This document shows positions 42,650 to 51,649 of a DNA stretch of 64,000 nt, piece by piece. A program made the translations under genes and the position numbers. Within the stretch, counting starts at the first letter, position 1; every line of letters starts with the position of its first letter. A model generated the notes under the pieces. That model searched no databases, was not told the DNA's origin, and worked only from the letters and a program-made list of their open reading frames with translations. Source of the stretch: an uncultured Nitrospiraceae bacterium. GTDB lineage: Bacteria > Nitrospirota > Nitrospiria > Nitrospirales > Nitrospiraceae. The stretch covers positions 288,001 to 352,000 of the forward strand of contig CAVPLT010000007.1 in NCBI GenBank assembly GCA_963706325.1, given 5' to 3'.

Positions 42650-42886
42650 ATGACCGACGAACTGCACATCCGTCCTAAAACGTTCACTATCCAGTTGAGC
42701 TCCTATCGAAGCGATGGCCTGTGGGTGCCAACTGCCACCGTCTGCAGCGCTTCCAAGGACGAGAAGGGTAAGCGTGTAATACAAGATCTCGCGGATCCGT
42801 TACCCACTCGAGAAGGAGCCAATGCCACTGCTAAGAAGCTCGCTACGGAGTGGATTGAATCACAGTTTCCCTCGGCCTCCGATTGA
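42650..42886 (+). CDS. Small hypothetical protein
   Basis: 78 aa ORF with protein-like composition. Confidence 0.55.
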   Translation: MTDELHIRPKTFTIQLSSYRSDGLWVPTATVCSASKDEKGKRVIQDLADPLPTREGANATAKKLATEWIESQFPSASD

Positions 42887-43030
42887 GTGTGATTATTAAT
42901 CGATCAGAAGGCGATGCGCCCTTGATGGGCAAGCAATCGTGGATCAGTTGAGTTCGACCCCATAACCCTCGGCCAGATTTTTGAGAAACACTGCCTGGCA
43001 CGACACCAGCCTTTATTTCCTCCAGAGTCT

Positions 43031-43057
43031 CCAGTCTTTCTCCTTAGGCACCGATAA
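43031..43057 (+). promoter_or_regulatory. Sigma28 (FliA)-like promoter of flagellin
   Basis: CCAG-15 nt-ACCGATAA versus consensus TAAA-N15-GCCGATAA; good -10, weak -35. Confidence 0.55.
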
Positions 43058-43188
43058 CAACCTAGCAATACGGTAAGAGGATGGGCGGGGATGTGCGCAC
43101 ATCTTCATCAGGCCTCGTTACCACCTCGTTGGCACGGATGCCGGCGAATGTTCGAGAGTAGTGCAGAGCCTTCAGGAGGAAGTACGTC

Positions 43189-44016
43189 ATGGCATTAGTT
43201 GTCAATACCAACATCTCGTCCCTGGCCGCGCAGCGGAACCTGTCGGTCAACCAAGCCTCATTGGCGAAATCGGTTGAGCATTTGTCGTCTGGCTTGCGCA
43301 TTACCCGCGCATCCGACGATGCGGCAGGATTGGGCGTGTCCGAAACCTTGCGAGCGCAGATCCGCAGCATCAACCAAGCCACCCGTAACGCGGGCGACGG
43401 CATCAGCTTGACGCAAACAGCGGATGGCGCGGCCGCGTCGATCGGTAGCCTGTTGGGCCGTATGCGCGAATTGGCCACGCAGGCGGCCAGTGGAACGGTG
43501 GGCACGACCGAGCGGTCGTACCTGGACCAGGAATTTGTGGCGTTGCGTTCTGAAATCGATCGTATCTCGACGACGACAGAATTCAACGGCCAAGCGTTGC
43601 TGAGCGGAAGCAGCAATACCTTCTCGGTGTTCGTCGGGTTCAAGAGCGGATCAGGCAATTCCTTGTCCGTGGCGCTCTCCGACCTCGATGTCGCCACGGT
43701 GGGCTTGACTGGGGCGAGCGTCTCGACGGCGGCGGCCGCACAGGCCGTGCTCTCCAACATCGACGGGGCCATCAGCTCGGTGGCGACCGCCCGTGCGAAT
43801 TACGGGTCGATTCAAAGCCGTTTCGATGCCGCGATTCAAAACCTTACGGTCACGGCAGAGAATTTCACGGCAGCCGATTCGCGGATCCGCGATGCGGACA
43901 TCGCGCAAGAAACTTCCCTGTTCACGAGGAACCAGATCCTCACACAGTCCGGCATTGCGATCTTGGCCCAAGCCAATGCACTGCCACAGCAAGCCTTAGC
44001 GTTGCTGCGAGGATAA
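43189..44016 (+). CDS. fliC: Flagellin (minimal, D0/D1 only)
   Basis: VNTNISSLAAQRNL, LSSGLRI..DDAAGL, SRIRDADIA.E..QAN..PQ..L.LL. Confidence 0.97.
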   Translation: MALVVNTNISSLAAQRNLSVNQASLAKSVEHLSSGLRITRASDDAAGLGVSETLRAQIRSINQATRNAGDGISLTQTADGAAASIGSLLGRMRELATQAASGTVGTTERSYLDQEFVALRSEIDRISTTTEFNGQALLSGSSNTFSVFVGFKSGSGNSLSVALSDLDVATVGLTGASVSTAAAAQAVLSNIDGAISSVATARANYGSIQSRFDAAIQNLTVTAENFTAADSRIRDADIAQETSLFTRNQILTQSGIAILAQANALPQQALALLRG

Positions 44017-44029
44017 GCCATCATCCGTC

Positions 44030-44059
44030 GGAGAGCTTTCTCGCAAGAGAGAGCTCTCC
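44030..44059. terminator. Hairpin downstream of flagellin
   Basis: GGAGAGCTTTCTC-GCAA-GAGAGAGCTCTCC. Confidence 0.65.
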
Positions 44060-44300
44060 ACGGACTGATCGACAGTGAATTAAGGCATATTCTCTCCTTA
44101 CTTGCTTAACCGATCCATCCTAGTCTCCTCAGGGTGCCGCTGCCCTCGATCGTTCGGCGTCGCTGCCGTCTGAGAGCGATCAGCTGGAGACTCCTCATAG
44201 ACTAGGACCCTGGCCACGGCGAGTGCCCCGATAAGGCGTGCAGCATAGAAGGACTGTATTGAGGAGGCGTTCTCGTTCCCTCACATCCACCTGTGACATC

Positions 44301-44657
44301 TCAATAGCCCACGCAGAGCGGGGCTTCTGTCCAGCTGCTGCTAGACGGCCGTCGTTTGTCGATATGACCCACATAAAACCGGAGCCGCAGTTGGTCGTCT
44401 CCGGCCATCCGGATGAACTCAATGCCCGCCTTGCCATCCTGGGTCCATCGCACAATTCCAAGGTCGATGCGCATGGGCCGGTGCTTGTCCAGGTATACGC
44501 GGAGTTGGACTGGCTGCCCACGTTCTAAGACAACCGCCGTCTCGATGAGACAGCCGGGTACCGTCAAATCTAAAATCTGCCCTTCTCCAACGCGTGCGCC
44601 GCAGGACAGGGTCACTTTACACGTCGTTGCTTTCCGCGCACTGTAGCGTGTCTTCAC
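44301..44657 (-). CDS. PilZ-domain protein
   Basis: RYSAR, DLTVPGC, VRW..GIEF; GTG start overlaps the upstream stop. Confidence 0.85.
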   Translation of the reverse strand: MKTRYSARKATTCKVTLSCGARVGEGQILDLTVPGCLIETAVVLERGQPVQLRVYLDKHRPMRIDLGIVRWTQDGKAGIEFIRMAGDDQLRLRFYVGHIDKRRPSSSSWTEAPLCVGY

Positions 44658-45061
44658 ACGGGCCTCCTTGTTGTCATCGGGCAGGTGAATGGGGGCGAAT
44701 CCACTGTCGCATCCACGACGAAGTCCTCCTCTGCCAAATAGTCCCCAAGCCGCAATTGTTCGGCGACGGCAATAGTGACAAATTCCACACGGATTGCATT
44801 CGAACACGCCCAGGTGACCTTGGCCTGGTTGATCTGCAGGACCGAAGTGAGGCCTGGCAGATAAATCGACAGTTCCAGCGCGTCCCATGCTGTGAGATGC
44901 TGGCCAGTTCGAATGGTGCACCCGCTGGCTGAGAGGGATTCGAGGCGGCCGGTGTACGCACTGACAGCACCGGCGATCACGGCTCTGAAATCGACACGAC
45001 AGGACACCGCCCTCGTCGGCGACAGGGTCACTGCTCTTGCTCCGGTCGTCGTGTGGCTCAT
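44654..45061 (-). CDS. PilZ-domain protein (degenerate RxxxR)
   Basis: SLSASGC, LELSIYLP, I.QAKVTW..VEF. Confidence 0.75.
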   Translation of the reverse strand: MSHTTTGARAVTLSPTRAVSCRVDFRAVIAGAVSAYTGRLESLSASGCTIRTGQHLTAWDALELSIYLPGLTSVLQINQAKVTWACSNAIRVEFVTIAVAEQLRLGDYLAEEDFVVDATVDSPPFTCPMTTRRPV

Positions 45062-45352
45062 GTTTCAAGCGTAGCCGGGGAGTGGTGGTCTGCCTATGCC
45101 ACGGAGGACGGAGGGCGAGGGACTACGGAGGGTGGGGGAAGGCGGAGAGTACACGCACTCTATGAATGGGTCAGCGAATGGCTGGATCCCCTGTCCGATC
45201 GACTTGTTCAAGCTCTCGATCGACGGCGCTCCACCGTGTGCTCAGTTGATGCGGTGGTGCGAAGCCAGTAGGCCAAGACGAACACCATGGCTAGCAACAC
45301 ACCCAACAAGAGCGCGCTTCCAAGGTGTTTCATCCGGGCATCCTTCCCTGCT

Positions 45353-45604
45353 TCATGCTGTAGAGCCGTGGAGGAACTGAACACCAAACTCCGAGGCGCG
45401 AGCCCAGGTCACCAGTCCATTCTCAAGCTTGACACGCGCTGCATCCGGAAGATGAAGGGGCAGCGACACCATCATGCCGGGACTGACCGGCAACCAGCTC
45501 TCGACGTGGCAGCGCTGAGGATAAAACGCCCAGACGCGCCCAGTTCCGATCGCACCCGAGATGGGAATATCTTCTATATCCGCAGGTGACGCAGGTGTGT
45601 GCAT
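45353..45604 (-). CDS. Degenerate PilZ-like protein
   Basis: GTGRV..CHVES..V.PGM.VSL.LHLP..VTW...EFGVQF; lacks the RxxxR and DxSxxG motifs. Confidence 0.6.
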   Translation of the reverse strand: MHTPASPADIEDIPISGAIGTGRVWAFYPQRCHVESWLPVSPGMMVSLPLHLPDAARVKLENGLVTWARASEFGVQFLHGSTA

Positions 45605-45814
45605 GGCTGCGACTCTAGTCGCGTGCTGCGGGAAGGAGTATTCCGCGTCGGAAGGGAGCTGCTGTACGAGTGAGAGCGCGAAGGGGAAAATTCAAGCGAG
45701 AGTGCCCACTAACGGGGCGGCGCAGTCAGGTGTATGGACTCAATGCGTGTCACGCCGGAGGCTCCGGAAAGGGTTATTCCTCTTGAGGAGGCCTTAGTGT
45801 GCCGGATCGGCGGC

Positions 45815-46090
45815 TCATGGCAGGAGGTCGTGTGAGACTGAAGTGTCGATACTTTCGTGCCACGGCCAAGGCTGAGGCTTGCGGCGCTGCCGATGCAAGT
45901 CGGAGCTCCCGGCGATCAACTCGCATCCCTCAACAAGCAGTTTCACCCTGTCCAAAACTTGTCGAGCCTGGTGAGATGTAACGCTTTCGAAAATGAAAGC
46001 GTCCAGGGTCTGTTGGATCAACCGGTCGGCGACTTCAGGCGATAGGTCTCCTTCGCGGCGTGCATCAATTCGGTCGAATGAATCCAGCAT
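45815..46090 (-). CDS. Small hypothetical protein (paralogue of 30088-30390)
   Basis: QQTLDAF..E.VTSHQARQVLDRV..LVE..ELIA. Confidence 0.6.
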   Translation of the reverse strand: MLDSFDRIDARREGDLSPEVADRLIQQTLDAFIFESVTSHQARQVLDRVKLLVEGCELIAGSSDLHRQRRKPQPWPWHESIDTSVSHDLLP

Positions 46091-46496
46091 CAAACCGTTC
46101 CCTGGTGAGATGGTACTGTGACCCTTGCCCTGTGCATCGGGTACCTTCCGTGGTCAAGGCGGTGCGTGTAGTACAACATTTGCTATGTTCATTTTGCTTA
46201 CTTCACTGCACGGTGCTACTGGGCAAACCCCTGAATCGCGGTGAGTTGGACCCCTGCCGCGTGAACAGCTTAGGTTTAAGCCCCATCGGTTCCTGTACTG
46301 TATGCCGTGGTGAATGCATGGAAGTCTCTCCTCGTCCTTGCTAGCGAGGAGAGCATCGCAGCGGTCCATCAAGGACCATGCGTAGTATCTCATGACGGAC
46401 CATTCCACGATGTCGGTGGTGTGTCGTTCAACGCAGAATACAGCAGGCTTACCTCAGACGCGCTAAGTCTTTGACTTCTCGACGGACGTTTTTAAC

Positions 46497-46592
46497 TTAC
46501 CACGACAGACAAGTGATCCCTACAATCCAAATCAACGATACCACCACCTCCACTACCACCGCGCCAACCACCCAATAATCAGGGCCATCCAT
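46497..46592 (-). CDS. Candidate 31-aa single-TM small protein
   Basis: MDGPDYWVVGAVVVEVVVSLIWIVGITCLSW; AAAGGA upstream; shorter than the ORF-track cut-off. Confidence 0.5.
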   Translation of the reverse strand: MDGPDYWVVGAVVVEVVVSLIWIVGITCLSW

Positions 46593-47370
46593 TCAGTCCG
46601 TGTCCTTTATCTAAGGATGAGGTCAAACAACGTAGTGGAACACGGCAGGGTTGGAAGTGTCGATGTGTCTAATTAGGCATTGCAAAATGTACGTAGATGA
46701 AGGAACAAAGGCGAGAATCACGGCACAGAGGTCTATTGGAGGGATTCAGTAGGTCGTCCCACGTCTTACTTCCGAAGAGTAAAGAAGTGGAAAAAGCTGA
46801 GGGCGAAAAGCGGACTTAAAAGGTCAAGACTGCCTCCCCCGTTGGGTATGAGACTCATTAGGGAAATGCGCGGTTAAAACAAGCGCCTGTCCCTAACAGA
46901 GAGGTGGCGGAGTACCGACGTAGACTCTAGGAAGGTTCGCGGTAGCTTCGGCTAGGCCACTTAGATTCAGCTTTGCGGTACGGGTGTGACTGAGGTTTAC
47001 GTATCAGTAGGCGCTTGAATAGACCGGCCAGGCTTGCGAAGGACAGCACGGTGAGAACAAGGGCTAACATTTCTCACAATATCGCCCTGCGACAAAAGTG
47101 TCAAATGCTGGTGGGTCATGCGGTGTAGGCAAGTTTTCGATTGGTGAGGGGAAGAGGTACGGATGACAGGAAGGTAATAGCATGGCCAATGAGCCGCGTA
47201 AGGGGCAGGCTGGGCCGGGGAGTCCGCCAAGCGGGGCGCGCTGCTGCTTTGATGCCTCCTCCCAAATTTAAACGACTAGACACCACCGAGGGGTTGATGA
47301 TCGCGCGATGGCACCGGCAAGGGTTGCTCCCAGTGTCGCGAGATCCTCACACCTTGCCATTATGGGGACC

Positions 47371-47855
47371 ATGCCTCGCAAACTCGAATCGGCCCACATC
47401 TCCTTCGGATTGGTGACACTCTCTGTCGGGGTCTATTCCGCCATCGACGAGCAAGACATTCACTTCAATCAACTCCATGCCCCCTGTGGCAGCCGGATCA
47501 AGCGGCAACGGGTGTGCCCGGTATGCATGCGCGAGGTCAACTACGACGAGTTGGTCAAAGGTTATGAAGTGGCGAAAGATGAATATGTCCGCATCTCGCA
47601 GGAGGAGCTCGACAATTTGCGAGCCACCGAATGTATCGGGAACGTGTCTTGGAATTGATCGAGGAAAAGGCGAACGGCAAAGCGGTCAAGCTCCATCCCA
47701 AAGCTCCCGCTCCGGTGACCGAGGTCGTGGATCTCATGCAGCGACTCAAAGACAGTCTCGCTCAAACGGCCGATAAGCGGCCGGTCCGTTCAAGGGCCAT
47801 GTCGGTACCCCGGACGACACAGACGGCCACGAAAGGGACCCAAGCTGGGAGATGA
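47371..47855 (+). pseudogene. ku: Ku (NHEJ) gene with internal deletion and frameshift
   Basis: N-terminus ISFGLV..V.VYSA..IHFNQLH..RIK..LVKGYE joined out of frame to the C-terminus YRERVLELIEEK..VVDLM..L..SL. Confidence 0.88.
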
Positions 47856-48679
47856 TGACGGGCGCCTACTCTTCCTCCGGCCTACACCGCATCTTACATG
47901 TCACAGATGCTGAATTACGGACCTGTCTGCGGGCCGCCTCGCTTCCTATCTCGACAGCGAAAAAACAGCTACTCTCCTACTCCTTTCAGCAGCTGTTGGT
48001 GTTGCGAACTACGAAGGGTTTCAGCGATGCCGGCGTCTCAGTCCGGCGGATCCGCAAGGTCCTCGCATCACTTCAGCGCCAATTAGGCGATGCCCGTTCC
48101 ATGGCCAGCGTCAAGGTGTATGCCTCGGACGTGGCGTGATCTCTGGGATGGGACGAATCGATGGCAACCCGACTCCGGCCAATATGTGCTGAATTTTGAG
48201 GCACGCCCCCCAGCCAGCGCGACGCCTCTGACCCCTCGCAGCCGCACCGCATTTCTCGTACGGAGTCGGCCCTGCTGTGGTGTAGTCGGGGAGAGGAACC
48301 CGAAGACCATGCGCCGGACGCAGCGTGCAAGGCGTATGAAGAAGCCGTACGGTTAGATCCGTCTTTGGGGGAGGCCCATGTGAATGTCGGACGGCCGTAC
48401 CATGAGGCCGGCAGACTAGCAGATGCGGAGTCAAGCTATCGCTCTGCGATCACTCACAGTCCAGATTTAGCCGTGGCCTACTTCAATTTTGGCGTGGTCC
48501 TGGAAGATCAAGGTCAGGACACGCGAGCGATTACGGCCTACCAGCAGGCCCTTCAGCTCGATGCCGTCTTTCACATGGCGCACTGCCACCTGGCGGAGCT
48601 GTATGAGCGACTCGGGCGTGCCAAGATGCGCTTCGCCACTATGCGGCCGCCAGACGTTGCCGTGGTAAGCCGGGCATAG
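47852..48679 (+). pseudogene. MerR-like HTH plus TPR protein, frameshifted
   Basis: YSFQ.L.VLRT.K..AGVSVRRI, then WQPDSGQYVLNF, then TPR AHVNVGR..A.FNFGVVLED..AI.AY, in different frames. Confidence 0.75.
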
Positions 48680-48758
48680 AATAGTCTCGAAGTGGCGGAC
48701 GAGATGGGACGTTACGTTTCAGAGTGCCGTGCTCGATCGCCCAGCCCTGTTTCATCGC

Positions 48759-49295
48759 TCATACTGAGTTTTCCAAGAGCGCCTGGATCGTCAGCGGCGC
48801 ATTGCCTTCCGTCCGATTGTTCACGAGCACATACGCCCGATGCTTCCTCGCAAGGGCCTGCTTCACCAAGCTCACGGTCTCCTGTCTCATGTCGGGTAGT
48901 GGTCTTACAATCTTGTCGTAGGGTCGATAGGCTTTGACTGCATCATGATATTTCGTGTTGCGTGGGGTGAGGAGCCGCAGGACTGTAAAGGGCGCGGTAA
49001 AGGTTTCATTCATGGCAGCATGTTGTTCTAACAGCGACGGCAGGGCGGTGTAGTGATTATAGATGTGGGCGGCGCCATGAGTCTTGAGGATCGCCCGATA
49101 GCGAGGGCCGATGATGGCTGGGTTGCGCACTTCGATGGCATATTCGTACCGCTTGGGCACATTCTCTAAGAACAGATCCAGCTTAGGCAGAAACGTCTGC
49201 GGGTCAAGGCCACTCCGTTGAAACTCTAGGATGAAGGGGCCGGTATGCTCGCAAAAGGCGTGGTCAAAGGGTGCGAGCACCATCTCGATAAAGGA
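48759..49295 (-). pseudogene. DUF72 family protein, 5'-truncated
   Basis: GPFILEFQ, YAIEVRN, VLRLL, YVLVNNR.EGNAP; in-frame stop directly upstream and the N-terminal half is absent. Confidence 0.75.
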
Positions 49296-49334
49296 CTAAC
49301 TACGGCTCTCTCCAGCTGTGGCACACTTGAGGTG

Positions 49335-50045
49335 GTGATAAAAAAACCTGAGAAGATTGATATTGGCGGCACCGGGATAAAGACGTTGGTCGTCAACGAA
49401 ATGGGCGAGCCGGTAGGAGAACGACTACGCGTACCGACGCCCCAACGCAGCACGCAACAAGCGGTAATCAAAACCATACAAGTCCTGGCTAAGAAAGCCG
49501 GTAGTTTCCACCGCGTGAGTGTCGGCTTTCCAGGAATCGTACGCAGTGGCATAGTGTCGGAGGCCGTAAACTTAGACCCCGCTTGGGAACAGTTTCATCT
49601 CACGAAGGCCCTCCAGCAGTTGTTTCGGAAGAAGCCGGTCCGTGCGGCCAATGATGCAGACATACAAGGCCTCGGTGCCGTCTCCGGAAAAGGCGTTGAA
49701 CTGGTGCTGACCCTGGGAACCGGCGTCGGTTTCTCGCTCTTCGTCAATGATGCGCTCGTGCCGAATGTGGAGGGGGGGAAGAACTGGCTCCGCCAATCGG
49801 AGCTCGAACGGATGGGAAATAAAGTGTGGAACAACCGCCTCATAAAGGTCCTCACCACGCTTGAGAAGATGTTCCATTATGATCGGCTCTACATTGGCGG
49901 TGGGAATGCTGTCAATGTGGAAATCGGCAAGTTGCCCCGAAATGTCAGCGTCGTTTCAAACCTGAATGGACTATTGGGAGGTATTGCATTATGGCGTGAT
50001 GGCTCCAATTCCAGCGCGTCGCTACCCAATGCTCCGCCCTCCTAA
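49335..50045 (+). CDS. ROK-family polyphosphate glucokinase-like protein (copy 1, probably 5'-clipped)
   Basis: DIGGTGIK, SVGFPG, NDADIQG, TLGTGVG, LYIGGGN; the usual residues before IDIGG are missing. Confidence 0.75.
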   Translation: MIKKPEKIDIGGTGIKTLVVNEMGEPVGERLRVPTPQRSTQQAVIKTIQVLAKKAGSFHRVSVGFPGIVRSGIVSEAVNLDPAWEQFHLTKALQQLFRKKPVRAANDADIQGLGAVSGKGVELVLTLGTGVGFSLFVNDALVPNVEGGKNWLRQSELERMGNKVWNNRLIKVLTTLEKMFHYDRLYIGGGNAVNVEIGKLPRNVSVVSNLNGLLGGIALWRDGSNSSASLPNAPPS

Positions 50046-50714
50046 GCGTTCGCAAAATGTCGTTGAGACGGGTCACCTTAGATTATCACCCACCTAGGCC
50101 TGCTTTCTGCGGCCAGCGCGACAATTGAGGCTGAGGGAGTGGTTTAGTACCCTTCGCGATAAGGTCCTCGTCCTCTCACCAATCATACATGAGTGCATGG
50201 GCCGATCCGGATGATTTTCAGGAACGGCAGAAGGACTTGAACCAAAAGCCTAGCTCTCGTAGCAAACGACCCAGCAGCGCCGGCAACTAGAAGGGCAGGA
50301 AGTGTACATGCGATCTATATAGATGGCGGACTAGGGCTTTCGCGGCCTTGGCCGAGGCTCTGAGGCTGCCCTACGCCGTGCGACTTGAGAACGAGAGGCA
50401 CCAGCCATGCCTAGCGCTAATACTGAGTCCATGGTGGAAGGCTAGGTTAGGTTCCGCCTAGAGAGCATTCGATCGAGTCATCGCGGACTTCCTCTCACTG
50501 GCCGTGACCATCCAGCAACTGACGCTGATCGACGACGTGAGAGAGGAAGAACGAGGAGCATTTCTTAGGCCGCCAAAACTGTAAGATTGATTTCAAGGCC
50601 CTAGCTTCTTGCTTCCCCTTGGTAGATCCAGTTGCAAATTCCTGCACGACCGCACAATTTTAATTGAACCTTTGCGCTACCGTCGTAGTCTTCTAGTTCG
50701 TGTATGAGGCAGTC

Positions 50715-51146
50715 TTACACATACATCCGCCGGCTACCGCCAAGGGCCACCCAACCGCGCACGACCCGATACACGAACCAAAGCCCGACTAGAACCATAG
50801 GCAGCCACGCGACGAGAATGCCGATCCCAAAAGTCGCGATGATGAAGGCGACGCACAGCGAAACCCACAGCAGTCCGAACCAGAACGTTCGGATTTGCCA
50901 TCGAAAGTGCGATTCGAGCCAGGTTCCTCGCGCCTCGCCGCGCTTGAGGTAGTTCAGAATGACTGCGATAATCGACGGCCAACCAGTGAGGAATGCGCCG
51001 ACCACGGTCGCAGTGCCGATGATGCCGGTCAACAGGCTGAAGGCATGCAGCGCGTACACGACTTGTGTCCACGTGATGAGGGAATCCCGGACCTGTCCCA
51101 TCCCCGCCTCAGCTGTGCCATTGCTTTTTACCGGTCCGATGAACAT
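50715..51146 (-). CDS. DUF4870-like membrane protein
   Basis: VYAL, IIAVILNY.KR..ARGTWLESHFRWQIRTFW, W..YR..RGW. Confidence 0.8.
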   Translation of the reverse strand: MFIGPVKSNGTAEAGMGQVRDSLITWTQVVYALHAFSLLTGIIGTATVVGAFLTGWPSIIAVILNYLKRGEARGTWLESHFRWQIRTFWFGLLWVSLCVAFIIATFGIGILVAWLPMVLVGLWFVYRVVRGWVALGGSRRMYV

Positions 51147-51240
51147 TCGCGCTCTAAAGCCTCGTCACGCAGTGCCCGTCAATCCATCGTTCGCTTTTTC
51201 TTCGCTTTGATTCGGCAGGAGATGGTGACATCGGGGGGTG

Positions 51241-51383
51241 TCTAGAATCCTGTTCCGATGCCGATTCCGCCGCGCGTGCCGCCTCCGCCGATACCGACGC
51301 CGATGCCAACAGACGGCCGGCCCCTTCGCCTAAAGGATCGGGTGGCTCATTCCACACGTGGAGGTGCTTGATTACCATCGTGG
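51241..51383 (-). pseudogene. Duplicated 3' end of the Slp lipoprotein gene
   Basis: Closely matches 36844-36993 at DNA level, with a 1-bp deletion and a shortened Gly run. Confidence 0.85.
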
Positions 51384-51649
51384 TCAAAATACGGCGGTGG
51401 TAGCGGCTGAGATGACCGAATTCGATCCCGATCCCAGTTGGAGACGCGCTCGATAATCGGTCCAACCTGAACTCCATGTTGGTTTCTAAATTAGTGACTT
51501 TTGAGAAAGATAAAGATTTGTCGCTGATATATTCACTCGCGAGCAGAGAACCACCTTTCGGTAGGCGGGACTTTTCGCGTCACCACCAGAGGCGGCCATG
51601 CACCCTGGTTTAAAATGCGCTCCCGAACTGACCTTGTTTCATTCACCCA

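Noticed and set aside
46600..47300. Possible ncRNA in the long intergenic region
   Set aside because: No recognisable family motif or strong hairpin series
50046..50704. ORF-free, CTAG-rich stretch suspected to be a structured RNA or a reversed/artefactual sequence
   Set aside because: No convincing fold, and the complement did not look coding; one plus frame reads protein-like across a single TAG (RAFAALAEAL..RAFDRVIADFL), so a decayed gene is the simpler explanation
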